DNA from: Takakia lepidozioides
Taxonomy: Eukaryota > Plantae > Bryophyta
Direction of reading: 5' to 3'
DNA: 64,000 bases
NCBI GenBank assembly: GCA_030704615.1
Contig: CM060734.1
Coordinates: forward strand, 30,008,001-30,072,000
Below the pieces are notes generated by a model. It saw only the letters and a program-made list of their open reading frames with translations. It was not told the DNA's origin and made no database searches. A program made the translations under genes and the position numbers. Positions 1 to 14,055 of the stretch are shown piece by piece. Position 1 is the stretch's first letter; each line of letters begins with the position of its first letter.

Positions 1-13
1 TACGGATTGGAGC

Positions 14-1991
14 ATGTTGGGGCTTGGAGCGGTGCTCACACAGGTGGATGATGAGGGAAGAGAGTTCGTAGTGGCTTATGCTAGCCGCTCGAACAACGCT
101 GCAGAGGCTAAGTACAGCTCATATGAGGGAGAGTGCTTAGCTGCAGTGTGGGCCGTGGCACACTTCAGGTGCTATCTATACGGCAATCTTTTCACCCTTG
201 TCACGGATCACCAGCCACTCAAGTGGTTGATGGAGTCAGACAAGCTTACGGGGAAGCTTGCACGGTGGGCACTCATACTCCAGGAGTATGACTTTCAGGT
301 TGTGCATCGACCAGGTTTGGTCAATCGGGATGCGGATGGATTGAGTCGCAATCCATGCATGAGCCAGCAGGATGACACAGGAGCTCGGTGGCATGGTGAG
401 ACGGACGAGGAGATGGTGCCGGGATGGCACGCATCTGTTTTTGTGTATCTTGGCATCGGGAGGTCAGGTTGGACCTACAACAGGGATGACTGTAGACGGA
501 GTGTCTGAGGACCCTGAGGCTAGTGATGAGCCAGGTGGTGCCAGAGATATACATGAGGATTCGGCTGTGTTGGACTACCTCCGCACGGGAGACACGGCAG
601 CCACTGTGACTGCCAGGGAGAGGGATCGGATCCTGCAACGAGCCAAGAGGTTCAAGTGGGAGGGGATACACCTACTTCGAGTGTGGGAGGATGGTCGGGT
701 GAGGATTGTGCCTCACCCCACACAGCGTGCACGGTTAGTGCGGCATGCCCATGAGGAATTGGGGCATTTTGGAGTGCGACGCACTCACAGTTTACTGCAG
801 GGGCAGTATTGGTGGCGTGGTATGCATACAGAGGTGCAACAGTTCGTGGCTAGGTGCATGGTGTGTGACAGGGTGCGTGCTTCATTCAATGCCCCTACAC
901 CACAGTTGCATCCTTTACCAATCATGGGATTGGGCTACAGGTGGAGTCTTGACTTCGCAGGACCGTTGCCACTGACTATGCGCCACCACAGATATGTGTT
1001 GGTGATGGTGGAGCACTTCTCCAAGTGGATTGAGTTGGTTCCATTGCGTGACAAGGCTAGTGAGGGGGCTGCGTATGCATTCTTGGATCGTGTGCTTAGC
1101 CGATTTGGTGCTCCAGCTGAGGTACTCACGGACCAAGGGAGAGAGTTCTTGGGGGAGTTTCAGGCTTTGTGTGATAAAGCCTTGATAGACCACCGCACCA
1201 CTTCTCGGGATCATCCTGAGGCCGATGGCTTGGCAGAGAGAGTTGTTCAGACGATGAAGAGGGGTTTGCGCAAGTATGGCTTGCAGAAGGGACACCTAGG
1301 AGATTGGGATCTTCAGGTTCCTTGGTTAGCCATGGGCTACAGGTTCAGCAAACAAGCATCACTTGCCTCCTTCTCACCATATTTCCTTCTCTTTGGCCGA
1401 GAGCCGGATTTGCCTGCAACCATTCGTAGGGACACTGCTCAAGTCCTTAACCTTGACGATCCGGACGTGTGGGTACGTGCATGTGATCAGCGTGCAGAGT
1501 TGTTCAAGAAAGTCATGCCCATGGCTTTTGAGAACCTTGCCATTGCACAGCACCGTGATACGTTGAGGTATGCCACTATACGTGGTGGAGGATATCGTCC
1601 TGGGGTTCGGAGGTTTAGCCCTGGTGACTATGTTTATTTGCAGCAGACTGCTCCTACGACTCTGGATGTTACTGCAGGGCGTGTTATTCTGAGGGTTCGA
1701 GAGGTGTTGCCCTCAGGGGTCCTGATCTTAGAGGGTCGGGATGGCATGACTTGGAAGGACCATGTGCGTAATTGTGCGCCATGTCACCTTCCCAATGTCG
1801 ATGGCAGAGTTGACCCAAACTTGGCAGTGGTACCTGCAGGTTTGAGGTGCATGCTCTGTGGGTCTGCCAAAGGGGCAGCCACCATGCTGGTGTGTGATCG
1901 ATGCTCAAGGGGTTGGCATATGGGATGCTTGACACCACCTCTTGAGAAGGTTCCTGACGGAGATTGGTTGTGTCCACACTGCTTGGGATAG
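14..1991 (+). pseudogene. pol: pol 3' part: RNase H + integrase (HHCC, DDE) + C-terminal PHD finger; one frameshift near 440
   Basis: ORFs 14-508 and 372-1991; HEELGH..CMVC zinc motif, WSLDFAGP / LTDQGREF / DGLAERVV triad; C4HC3 CMLC..CDRC..HMGC..WLCPHC. Confidence 0.93.
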
Positions 1992-2250
1992 TGGCAGTGG
2001 ACATGACTGGAGGCAGCTAACAAGACATGGGAGGCCAAGCTCATAGGAGTCAATACATGAGATCCCAAGCTCAAGTTCACAGGTTGTAAGACGGCGACTA
2101 ACGATGGGGCAACTCTTGCACCCGGCCTCTTGATCTATCGAGTTTGAGTGTAGTAGGGATAGTGGTGGAGGACTTAGTGAGGCTATGGTCACTATCACAT
2201 CTTGTGGCTACCTGGACTTAGAGGGACCTAAGCACCAGCTAGGGGGCGAT

Positions 2251-2926
2251 TGTGTGGACTAGTGACTGCCATAGTGGGCAGCATAGTGGCAGCCTAGTGA
2301 CTGACTAGTTGTAGCCTAGTGGTTGGACTAGTGGTGGACTAGTGGTATACTAGTGTGTGGTGTGCACATGTGTTGTGTGGTTTTGGACAGTGATGTAGTT
2401 GTGTAGCGATATGTATGCGCACGACAGCTGTCAAGTTATTTTACCACTAGTGTGAAACTAGCTAGGAAATAACTAGCTTTTACATATTGACATTTGGGAT
2501 TGGCCCAAGTGTCAATCCAGGGGTCAAGGCAGATTTAGGCCCTGGAGTGGTTATCTTCACGGCAAGCGTGGCATCTTTCTCGAGTTGAGCCTCACCGTGC
2601 CTAGCTATGGCGCCGTAGTGTGGATTCCCCATGGCGTGGGGTGCACTTGGCTTGACTTGTATTTGAGTGATGAGGTTATATATGCCTGAGTTTATGCTTC
2701 AGCTTTGTGAGCTCGCATGAGCTTGTGCTTGTATTCTTCTTCTTTATCATTGTGTGGACTAGTGACTGCCATAGTGGGCAGCATAGTGGCAGCCTAGTGA
2801 TTGACTAGTTGTAGCCTAGTGGTTGGACTAGTGGTGGACTAGTGGTATACTAGTGTGTGGTATGCACATGTGTTGTGTGGTTTTGGACAGCGATGTAGTT
2901 GTGTAGCGATATGTATGTGCACGACA
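2251..2926 (+). repeat. Split terminal repeat of copy 1: X1 2251-2426, GC, Y 2429-2749, T, X2 2751-2926
   Basis: X1 and X2 are 176-bp near-identical direct repeats (TGTGTGG...GCACGACA); Y runs TGTCA...TATCA; X1/Y junction is GACAGCTGTC. Confidence 0.95.
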
Positions 2927-5900
2927 AAGTGACTAATATGACAATACTAGTATTATTTAACACTTTATAATAGGTAATGTTATTGTTCTGAATTTCAATT
3001 CAATGGGGATTAATGTTCCCACTTTGACACTTGGAATCATTAGAAATTGGCTCCATGTTGTTTTCAAATTTTTTTACAATGCATTAAACTTGAATTTTCA
3101 TGGGTGATGTTTTTATGTTGTTTTACTTTTATCAATCATCGGTCCATTTTTTTTATTATACATCATAATGCATAAGAAGATAGTCATCATACAACTGTTC
3201 GTAAATATATTTGAATAATTTAAAACAGATCAAAAAAATTATATATGGATGGTGTATGAACCTCATTCAAAGACAATGCTTGAAGGGCCATCTCATCTTG
3301 TTCCGTAAAAGGTTCATCGGTTGCAATAGTTCTTTGAAAGACTTCTTACTACATCCATGTTATATTCATGTAGTGCAGCATTATTGCGAGCGGCTTCTTC
3401 AATCAATTGTGCACCTCTGCAAAACTCACATTCCTCACTTTGAGGAAAATGCTTGCATTCTGATTTAGTTTTCTCTTCCATTGGTTCGATTGCCGTCTTC
3501 TTCAAGATAGCACGTTGAGGATTTTGCTCAATTATAATGATAGACGACGTATCAATGGGTTTTTTAAACAAAACTCGTGTAATCTACATCACCCTCCATC
3601 TAAGGATTAGAGCTCATAGGCACAAACACCTGATTTATATACAAATTATATATTATGAAAATCTAAATAATTATTCATTAGAAGAAAATGCATTATTTCT
3701 TGTTTCTATTTATTTATAGTAATTAAATCTTATATATATATATTCTTATATTATGAATATACATGTAGATATATAAGATATGTGTTCTGACGTGAAGGAT
3801 AAAATCAACCTTAGAATTGTCACAATAACAAAGAGAATGAACTACAGTTTTTATAAATTAAACTGTGTACAACAAAAATTGAAGTGAAAGAAGAAGAGGA
3901 AGAATAGACAATACTTGTTTTTATCAATTAAATTGTGTCAATTATAATATTCCTTTTCTAATGTTGTGGGTGTTAGTTTCACCTTCTATAACCTAAACTT
4001 CGAAGAAGGTATCAACTTAATCATCATTGAATAAATGAAATGAATACTATGTTACAAATTTTGATAAATATTATAAGAGTGAAATAAGTTGAGATCAGAT
4101 TACAGCCGAGAATTATAATTACATATTAAAGATTTATTACAAACTGCAAAAAGATGCACTAACATATGTGTGTGTTATATGTGCTTCCATGGTTTCAAGT
4201 CATTTAATATATTTCTCAATTGCGGAGACGATCTAAGGAAATGAATGAGATGCAAATAGAGAAATGAAGGTAGGTGGGAGAGAGCCATGATCAATGACAT
4301 ACTTATGAAATTGAAGGGGTGGTGAGTTCCCCTAATATTCTTGGGGAGGTTTGAAAGGTCCATTAAACTCTTTGTTATGTGCTTTCTAGTTTCATGACCT
4401 GAATGGGTGGAGAGGATATAGAAGGGTGGAATTTTTATAAGCTATGATACTAAGAGATATTAGGATACTAAAAGGTAAGTATAAGGGGAAAGATTTTTAT
4501 TAAAAAAAATTGTTTGCACGTCATAACAACATTTGTAGCCTACGATATTCTCAAGACACATCTTTTCACCTCCTTAATTCTTCAATTCCGAACATGATGA
4601 GTTGCTTGTACATAATCATCAAAATGATATTGGGTTCAATCCTTCAATATGTGCCTTCAATTATCAATGAGTAACGAGTTGTGCGTTGAGCAGTAGGTTC
4701 TAACGTCAAACAAATATTTATTTTATTCCATTCATAGTAAAGAGAATGACATTGACCAAAATGTATTAATATCGGTATTTGTTTTATTATTTTTTCTAAC
4801 AAAACATTGTCAGTCTCGTCTTGACAAATGATTGAGCTATTTGTACAAATGAATTATGGGGGATAAATTCTGAAAACAAATCGCCATAATGCGGTAGTGG
4901 TGGAATATCAGAGGTCTGATTTTGCCATGATGGGTCCATCAAAATGTGTCATTTGTCAAAATGTACCAACTCATTATTTTCGTCACATTGGCGTTGGATA
5001 CAATACACAGGTGGATCCGCCAACGACTTTTGAGAATGAACAAACAAAACAAAATGTTTAAGAAAGAATGAAAGGAAAAATCTCTTGTCGAAGCACACAT
5101 AACTTATTGTATCACTTTAGCCTAAACAACTACTACCCTTTCTTTGGAAGGTAAACATTGTTTCCGTAACCACGGCAACGTGGGAGGATTAAGTAATTGA
5201 TTGATACAATACATCATTTTCCTCAAGAAAGCTTAAAGAGTTGACGCTGCTTGAATTTGACGAAAGTACCGTGTCAAAATTGCACGCCTACATTAATATC
5301 TTATGTCGTTCCTATTATTTTTTGCATAAAATATTTTTTTAATCAAAATGAACATTATCATTAGAAGTCGTCATTAGGAGCAATGCGTAGCCCTAATAGA
5401 TAGATAATGCGGCATGTGCCGTTGAGCATTACGACTGATGGTCGGAGACTAGTTTTAGTGTGGAACAGGAATAGGGTGTTTTTGTGCCACATCATCGTTG
5501 TTTCGTAGCCATGTCATCGTTGCCAAAAAAAAAAATTGAACCTGCCCTAATTGCCTTAAAAAACCGAAAATAACCTCTTGAACTGTCTGAAGCTTTTTGA
5601 ATTGTTTGAATGGTAAGCCCTTTGATTATGGTCTGATAGATACAGCAAGAATGTCCTCATAAGCCATTGTTTGTTCAGTGTTGTAGCCTTGTGGCCATCA
5701 ACCATGTGTCCAGTTTTGTAAGGAACAAAAAGAAATAGATGCTATCCTTGTGAGGGGCTCACTCCGGAGCGTGACTTACCTTAGTAAAGATAATTAGTTC
5801 GGGTTTTCAAGATATTCCTTTACACAAACATCAACTTGTTGTGTGTGAGCTGCCCAACAATTATACTCCAATAGGGCCAGGGCTTTATGATCAGCCTCAA

Positions 5901-5941
5901 GATTCCCACATGAATCCTCGTACGGGTACCAGTGGATGGGT

Positions 5942-6904
5942 TGTCGTGCACCTAAGCATCGTGCCACAACATACATCGCTGTCCATCACACATTCTAAGC
6001 ATACAATCCTAGAAAGCTATGCCACAATGATAATGAAAGTGAACACAATGGAATCCCTCCACTCATGAATCCACTCAATCACATAAACTAAGTCAAGCCA
6101 AGGGCACCTTTGCTAAAGGAATCCACCCTACAAAGCCCTCACCACACTCTCTCTCAATACCTAGAGCTATGGAGGTGGGAGAGGCTCATGGAGGCTCAAC
6201 TACAAGAGGATGAGCCCTCCTCAACCCTCACAAGGGGAAAACCCATCCCCATGTCCCAAGTGAGGCTTGATACCTCACTTGGCATATGAGACCAAATGAA
6301 GTCCCAACACACAAAATATAAATATAAATATCTAAAATGTCCTAGTTAACTAGAAGTAGATAATTCTAAAACCATGACAGCTGTCGTGCACCTAAGCATC
6401 GTGCCACAACATACATCGTTGTCCATCACACATTCTAAGCATACAATCCTAGAAAGTTTTGCCACAATCGCCCCCCTAGCTGGTGATTAGGTCCCTCTAA
6501 CACCGGATAGCCGACAAGTATCTATCTCAATAAGATCATCGTTTGGTCTTCAATTACACAAGTCCCAGCATCTAAAGTCGATAGATCAAGAGGCCGGGTA
6601 CAAAAGTAGCCCCATCATTAGTCGCATTCCTACAAACCATGATCTTCAGTTGAGTATCCATGGCATTGAAGCCCCACTAACTAGACCTTGGATCACTTGT
6701 CAGCCTCACCATTGTCATGCCCACTACCTCTGTCCAAGGCATCATGGACACAACCACTCTCCGCTAGGAACCTCCTCAAGTGGCGGTGTTAAACATCCCA
6801 TGTGCCACCCCCGTGAGCATTTGTCACACACCAACATAGTTGCGGCACCACCAGCATGCCCACATAGCATGCAACGCAACCCTGCAGGTACCACTGCAAG
6901 GTTC
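5942..6904 (-). mobile_element. Diverged family A subfamily, 3' fragment: PHD coding remnant + PPT + X1 (6382-6466), GC, Y (6028-6379), T, X2 (5942-6026)
   Basis: Reverse strand 6740-6904 encodes LRCMLCG..MLVCDKCSRGWHMGCLTPPLEEVPSGEWLCP; 85-bp direct repeats; junction GACAGCTGTC at 6376-6385. Confidence 0.92.
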
Positions 6905-7488
6905 AATGACGCAATGGCGTGAGCGTTGCGCGCGAGCGTACGCTCACGCAGGAGTGACGTGGCGTGAACGTCATGTCAGCATGCTGATGTGGCGGTAAAT
7001 GATGACATGGCACTGTCCGTCATCTGCCACGTCACCATTAACATGCGCCGCCTATAACCGTGGATGGTCCTATGACCGTGGAATTAATGCAGGGAATCTT
7101 GCCTAAATAGAATCAAGACGAGCATTGAGGCCTACAATTGCAGCATCCAACGTTGTGCAATTACAAATGCTTGTTTCACTTTTACAATTACGAGGACGAC
7201 AAAATGTCCTCACAAAGTGTGCGCCATAAAGGCTGCCACGGGAAGACCTTCCTCCCTCCTCAAATAACAATGAGAGTTAGGATCATCTTCAAAAGATGAT
7301 TGTAGTGCATAGCGACAGCAAGACATGTAGACTTCGAACGGTGCAATGACAAATGTGCACTACCTAAAAGTTGTCACTCAGAGCTCACTCCGTATAGTTG
7401 GAGGCCATATCATTGCACAACCGACGAATTGATGTGAAATACACATTTCAAATCATGGTCATCCACATACCACATTACATAGTTCATG

Positions 7489-10400
7489 CTACCCATGTGT
7501 TGTATCCCGCTGCAAAAGAGTATCGACCTCGTTGAAACTCATAGTGGCCTGGTGAATGAAGTTGTCACGTTTGGGATCGCAAACCATCCTCCTAAAAAAT
7601 ATGAAATATAAATGTTTGCAGGGTATGTATTTACCTCTCTTGCCCAAACTGGTTGATAGCATATTCACAAAATCAGGACATGTGCAATTGGGGAAATTGG
7701 AAACCGTGATGTCGTAGGTCCTGTCATGAACAGCAGATGTGGAAGTGATGATTGTGAATACCCGACCATATCCTGGATCGGGTACTTCCGTGGTGCTTCC
7801 AACACGAGCTTGGAGCATTCTTGCGGACTCCACTTTGCCAAAGTGTTCAGCGGTTGGAGGGAAACGCCGAACGAGCTTTCCATCTCGTTTGGTTGGCCAC
7901 AAGTCAGGATTTGCCGGGGGACCCGGGAGGACGCAAAAGTAGTAGCACATGCATGGAGTTGGGGTTGTCTCGCAAGGGAAAAACCTGCCTCCTCCAGCAT
8001 TTCAATCTCTTGAAAGCTGAGATGTGTTCCCACCTTCACGGGCCAAACGGTTGGAGGAGTTGGCTTCATCACTACGGAAGGACGCACAGTTCCATGCACA
8101 TCTGGCACAATCATCTGCGCAGAACCAGAACTTGTGGTTCTTGGCTTCTGGTTGACCGTATGGACGCATCAAGCCCGTGAAAGTCGGAGCAGGAGTTCGG
8201 GCACCACCTCTGGATATAGATGAAGTGCACTTCTCAAAATTAGTTGCCCTGATCGCTGTACATTTCACACGAGACCCTACACTTGTGCGTTCTATGTGCC
8301 AAACGTGGTCGGGGCATGCGGACTCAAGCACATCAAGGGGGTTGTTTCTCTCCTGCACCATTTCAGTGGCACTGTTTGCTGCTGGAGCTTGCCGTCGTGT
8401 TGGAGGTTCCTCCACAATGGAGGTTCCGGACATGGAGCTGTCATGCAGGGGAACACGAGGCTTCGAGAAGTTATCACGGTCTGCCCTGTGGGAATCTAAA
8501 TCCGAACGAGGTGGAGTGTTCAATTTCCTCTTACAGGAGCCGAATCTCTCCTCCCCTTCAAGATGTGGAACTCTAGAAACAAGTGGCGTTCCCTGGGCAT
8601 ACATGCTCACCGCCCGTGCTATCTTGATTGGATCCCCAGATCTGTTTGCAGCACGCAACATCAACTCCCATTTGTCCGGACCCTTGCCACCAACCCCACC
8701 TCGTAAGAAATCACGGTATCGGGTTTGTTGTTGCAAGGCACGTATCAAATCATCTGTTGTTGCCACATACAAATCCCGACCTCGTTTCCCAGACTGCTGC
8801 AACCATGCGTTGTGCACAGTTTCTGCCAAATTGCAAGATGGCATGTCCGCCATTTCCTCAATGGACATGTTCTGCAAAGAGGATAACCACACTTCAGAAC
8901 AGTGCACAGGAAACAACATAAAGAAAGCAATGAGTCAAAAATATGGAAAGCAAATGTATGAATAAAGCATGAAATAGAAGCCTCGTACCATTGTCATGGC
9001 TGCTCCCCACTGTCTATACCGGAAGTGCCAAAACGCCAGCCAATCTTCCAATGCTCTCATACTCTCAAGTGATACAGCTCCAGAAGAGAACCACCATGCA
9101 CGAATTGTCTGGAACAAAGTGTCCGCCTCCTTCATTGTTCTAGCATCTTTGTACTCTTTACACAATTTACGGTGCTGAGTCTGCATCTCTGGTTTGATGT
9201 CCGACTTTGTATGTTTTTCCAGAGATTGTGTCCAATGGAATAGACATGTACGCTCTCTTCCTGGCATAGGCACTTTTGGGTCGCCCGATCCGAAGACAAT
9301 ACGAACAGCATTGAAATTTGCGTGAGCACTATCCGCCATGAAACCTGCGAAATTTGGAGATGGCAGCCCATGACACGTATCAGGGAATTCCACATGAGCT
9401 TCTGGGATTCCGTATCCTCGGATTGCATGTCACAAACTGCAATTGTCATAACTCGTTGGTACACTGGATCGTAGACATGACAAGCCATTGTCGTCCAATC
9501 CTTCACTCGTTTCACATGATCAAGCATAAGAAAACAGTTCTGCAAGTCCCCAGTCTTCTGCATCCGCTTCACGAGGCTAACCCCACTGCCCTCCCCAACA
9601 GTCGACATTTTGAAAAGAAAAACTTTGATGGCACCTTGACCTGGGAATACATTGTCCTGGATGTAATCGTACTTGCTCACTCGTTTCAATTCCAAAATAT
9701 TGTCTATGTAGCCTCTGATCCCAGAGCCCATTCTCAATGCATTGATCTGATGCCGAATGTTAGGTGAACTTAAAGTGGAGAAATGATCCATGACCAGGTC
9801 CAATGCTGCACCGTCAAGTTTAGTCCCCACAGAATCTCCTTCACTCAAAATATGGCTTTCCAAGAAGGACTTGCTTGCGCCAAGAGCAATTGCAGATGTT
9901 GTTGCGGATGGGTTTCTCCCGAACTCATGTTTGATCAACCTCGATACTGTCTCAACACTCTCCCTGTAATCCCCCTTCGAGACAGGATGGTTATGGAATC
10001 CAAAATGCACACAAGCTCTCGTCATTGTATTCAAACGGTGGACAACATAGTACATTCTTGCTCCGCAGAGCGCCAAGCAGGATGGCACAAGTTTGCAGAA
10101 TTTGCAGACGAAAGTGTTTGCCGGTGGAGGGGCAGTCCCAGGCTGAAATGGATTCTCCGCCAGACCCTCCCATTCGCTTTGATTATGAACTCCAGAATGA
10201 AGAAAGTGTCTGCAATTCAAATTATCACACCTAAGGTGTCCATTGCAAACTGTCCTCCTGAAAACAAGCTTGTCATCATTCTGAATATTGGATGTTTTTG
10301 TTCTGCACCACGGGTGCCCGTCGTATTTCTTGTCCATTCCATGCATCATGATTGTTACACCTCCAACTCGCGGAGGAGGAGGCAACTCGAATAGGATATC

Positions 10401-10991
10401 GCCATCAAAAGTCTCCGGCAAGAACTTCACAGGCACCTGCTTCAAAGATTCCCAATCAATTCCCCGCAACTCACTTTTGAATCCAGCCATTCCTCCCATC
10501 GCCCGCAATTTTGGAATGACACTACAAATCTCTTCTTCATCAGCTTCTGCAACCACAGTAGGAAGGACTGGATTTGGAATTTCACTTATGTCATCATCGG
10601 AAGAATCCGAAAGCTCAACGATTGGAGTGGAGGACGTCTGTTCTTTTTTCACCACCACCTCCCTCTTGTCTTCAACGACCGAAGCAGCAGTCCCGGGCGT
10701 CACATATGACCCAAGGGACTTTCGCCGAGGCTCTCCAAGTACTCTGTATCGACCAGGACGCACTCTCCACTGGCTGATATGAGCCGTCTCATCACGGTTT
10801 TGGAAAGAATATTTCACCAACTTCCCTTTCAGATCGTAAACCTCTTTCTCCAAAAAGATGGAGCCATTCTGCAGCTGAAAACGGGTAGCCAAGACATGTT
10901 CCAGAACAATTGCAAATCCATTGTCAAGGACTTCCTGGGAGAACGGCACTGGTTTGTCGTCTGAGAAGAACTCCGCTTCAGAGGAAGTCAT
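7489..10991 (-). pseudogene. Decayed Mutator-like transposase (GCM-like Zn domain, MULE DDE, SWIM); GT-AG intron 8872-8988; several frameshifts
   Basis: ORFs 9132-10991, 8935-9393, 8002-8919, 7665-8114, 7489-7950; motifs DGHPWC..CNGHLRC..HFGFHNHP, LMLDHVKR, FMADSA, RTCLFHW, NLAETVH, CTCPDF..PCKH; collinear with 46562-50167; no TIRs found. Confidence 0.85.
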
Positions 10992-11506
10992 CTTCCTTCC
11001 TCGAGTATGTTTGTACCTTGCTATCGCAGATCTAGTGTAAATCGGTTTACTGCTGTCTCCAGAACACAGTTGAAGAATGAGCAGAGCATATGGCGGAGGA
11101 AGCTCAGATAACGACTGTGCATATTCTGTTATTCATTCCAGATATGCAGCCGTCCATTTTAATTACTTTTCTTGTGGGCCCAGTGGTCAGAGAATCCATA
11201 GGGGCAGTGTCGGCAACTGTTAAACCGTTAATCAGAACCTCATCAATAAACCCAATAACAAAGCCGACTTCCTGGAAGCATGCCACAGGATCCGAGAATG
11301 GGATTGCAGATTAAGTAAATGTATCTATATACTACTACCAATGATCATGCGCACCTGGAAAGTTCCAAATGTGAAACGAATGTGGGGTTTGGCTAACAAG
11401 GATGACCGTGTATGATATTCCAATTTGTCATCAATCTCTCGTTCATTTACATTTATTTGTGTAAGACTGCGCCAAAATTTCTGGGATTCGCTGTTATTTT
11501 TAAATA

Positions 11507-13679
11507 TTTCTTCTGCAACCACAGTACCAAATCACCCGTCTTAAAAGTCTTTAATTTTCCTTCATCAAACTGATCCTTCCTCTTCATCGGAATTCTGGTC
11601 ATGTTATCCTCCGCATCAACACCTACTTCTTTCACATGATATAATTCATGTTTCCTGACCTTAATTGAATCTTCCAATTCCATTCTCCTTCCCCATTCAG
11701 TTCTCATGGTAGGTAACAAGAACTCCACTGGAAGTAAAGCTTCCATACCATAAACTAATTGGAATGGTGTATACTTAGTGGTGACTTTATATGAAGTCCT
11801 GTATGACCATAAAGTTGTCAGCAGCTTTGTATCCCAATCTGTTCTGTTCGCATTGACTATCTTAGCCAAGATAGTACATAGTATTTTGTTAGTAGCCTCT
11901 GCCTGCCCATTACCCTGTGGGTAATAAGTTGTACTCTTTTTATGCACAATCATGAACTCTTTAGTCAATAGTTCTATGGTCTCATTAATGAAGTGACTTC
12001 CCTGATCACTGATAAATTCCAGGGGACAGCCAAATCGTGTAAGTATGTTCTTATACATGAACCTTGTTGTGGACTTAGCTGTGTTGTCCCTCAAAGCTTT
12101 AGCGTCCACCCACTTTGTAGTATAATCAGTGGCTGTGATTATATACTTGTTCTGTGTATTTCTGGCTGGTGGGTTAATTGGTCCAACAAAGTCTAGTCCC
12201 CACTTCTAAAATGGTTTAGTAGGCATCGTAGGATGCAAAGCCATCTTCCCAGATCTCTGCAATGGTCCTAGCCTCTGACACTCATCACAACTCTTGCAAT
12301 ACTTGTGTACATCCTTGAACAATGTAGGCCACCAGTAACCTGCAAGTATTATCTTTCTACTGGTAGTCTCTTCTCCAAAATGACCTCCAACCACTCCTTT
12401 ATGAACTTCCTCCAAAACTTTATTTACTTCATGGTGGTACAAGCATCGTTTAAGTACTCCATCGGGTCCTAGCTTATACATTCTGCCCCCTATCATAGTA
12501 TAGGGTAAAGCCTTGATAGCTATTCTCTTCCTCTGCTCCTTCCCATAACTAGGTGGGCACTGACCATAAGTAAGGTAGTATCTGATTGGCCACTGCCAAT
12601 CTAACCAATCATCTGCACTTCCCTGCACCTCCACTCCAAATAAACTCGCATCAGGTAGTTGGTCGTCTACTCCTGTGGCGGGCTCTCCTGTTGATAGGCG
12701 TGACAAGTGATCTGCCACAAGATGCAAACGACCAGGCTTGTAAACAACTTCGAACTCAAACTCGTGCAAGATTATTAACCACCTTGCTATCCTTCCACTT
12801 ATCAAAGGCTTGTTCACCAGATAAATCAGAGCCTGATGATCCACATAGAACATAAACTTTCTTCCCAATAGGTAATGCCTTAATTTCTTGACTGCATAAA
12901 TCATTGCCAATGCTTATCTTTCAGTTATGCTATAGTTCCTCTCAACATTGTTCATCAACCTGCTAGCATAATACACAGGTGAATCTATGTTTCCTGTAAC
13001 ATTTTGGGCTAATACTGCTCCCAATGCTTTTCCTGAGGCATCACAGTGAACATGAAACACTACATGCCAGTAGGGGTTAATCAGCACAGGTGTAGTTGTT
13101 ACTGACAGTGTAAGTTCCTCAAAAGCCTGTTGACATTCAGCTGTCCATGCAAACACTGCATCTTTCTTCAGAAGCTTGCTCAATGGTGCTGCTATCTGTG
13201 CATACCGTCTGACAAATCTTCTGTAATAACTGGTTTGTCCAAGGAATCTCCTTAGACTTTTAACATTTCCTGGTGGTGGAGAGGCTTTAATGGCCTCTGT
13301 CTTCTGGGATCCACAAGAAGTCCCCTCTTACACACAATGTGTCCCAGAAGTACCTCTGAGTTCACATAGAAAGTACACTTCTCTGGATTCAGGCCTAGAC
13401 CTCTCATCCTGCATCTGGCCAAACATAACTCATCTGCATGAAATCATCCAGATACTCATGGAAAGATTCACTTATCACTCTCTGAAAGGTTGCTGGTGCA
13501 TTACAAAGTCCAAAAGGCATGACTTTGTATGCATAAGCACCCCAGTCTTTGATGAAAGTTGTCTTACCCTGGTCTGCTTCTGCCACTTGCACTTGATTAT
13601 AACCACTGAAGCCATCCATGAATGAGTACATCTCATGGCCTGCCACAATGTCCAGTACCGCTTCTGTGAATGGGAAAGG
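11507..13679 (-). mobile_element. pol: Ty3/gypsy family B pol fragment (partial RT, RNase H, integrase) with stops and an internal deletion
   Basis: ORFs 13404-13646, 12914-13183, 12206-12910, 11453-12109 closely match 20640-22865. Confidence 0.95.
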
Positions 13680-13915
13680 CCTGGGGGGTGCACTCTTTAT
13701 AAAATGTCTATATCATGTGCATTCACCGCCTAATAAAAAAACCCCCTATATACGGGTCCTTGGATCATTTATACCCCCTCTGTACATACATTTTGAAGAT
13801 TATAAAACCCCCTCTTGTAAATATATATAAATTTGTAATTTTTTAAAAATACCCCCTTCTGTATGTATATTTCCCTTTTCAATAATTAAAAAATACCCTC
13901 AAATATGTATATGTA
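13680..13915. repeat. Possible DNA-transposon end with dispersed ACCCCCT-core subterminal repeats
   Basis: Abrupt junction CCTGGGGGGTGCAC after the gypsy fragment; about five ACCCCC(T) motifs in AT-rich sequence; partner end not found. Confidence 0.3.
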
Positions 13916-14055
13916 TGTTTTAATATTATATCAAGTTTATTCATTTAAAAATAGAATAAAATCTAATAAATTAATTTAAAAAAATTGTTTGCCCTCGATA
14001 AAACTTGTTGTGGAATCTCACTTTGAACAATAATCAGGTGCCGAGAGGAAAGGGA

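Larger units (their letters stand above)
1..2926 (+). mobile_element. Ty3/gypsy family A copy 1, 3' part (RNase H, integrase, PHD finger, X-Y-X terminus); 5' part lies outside the window
   Basis: RNase H (VVAYASR, TDHQPLKW, DADGLSR) and integrase motifs; G-rich tract AGGGGGCGAT at 2241-2250 followed by the repeat terminus ending GCACGACA at 2926. Confidence 0.95.

Noticed and set aside
3211-4363. Short ORFs in the AT-rich spacer
   Set aside because: No recognisable motifs; lengths expected by chance
5405-5455. Possible Helitron 3' end (short hairpins then CTAG-T)
   Set aside because: Weak stems, no matching 5' end and no Rep/helicase coding sequence in 2927-5940
6905-11506. Complete MULE boundaries for the minus-strand transposase
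   Set aside because: GACGTGGC/GCCACGTC-like motifs near 6950-7035 look subterminal, but no TIR pair or TSD was found; both sides abut truncated gypsy fragments
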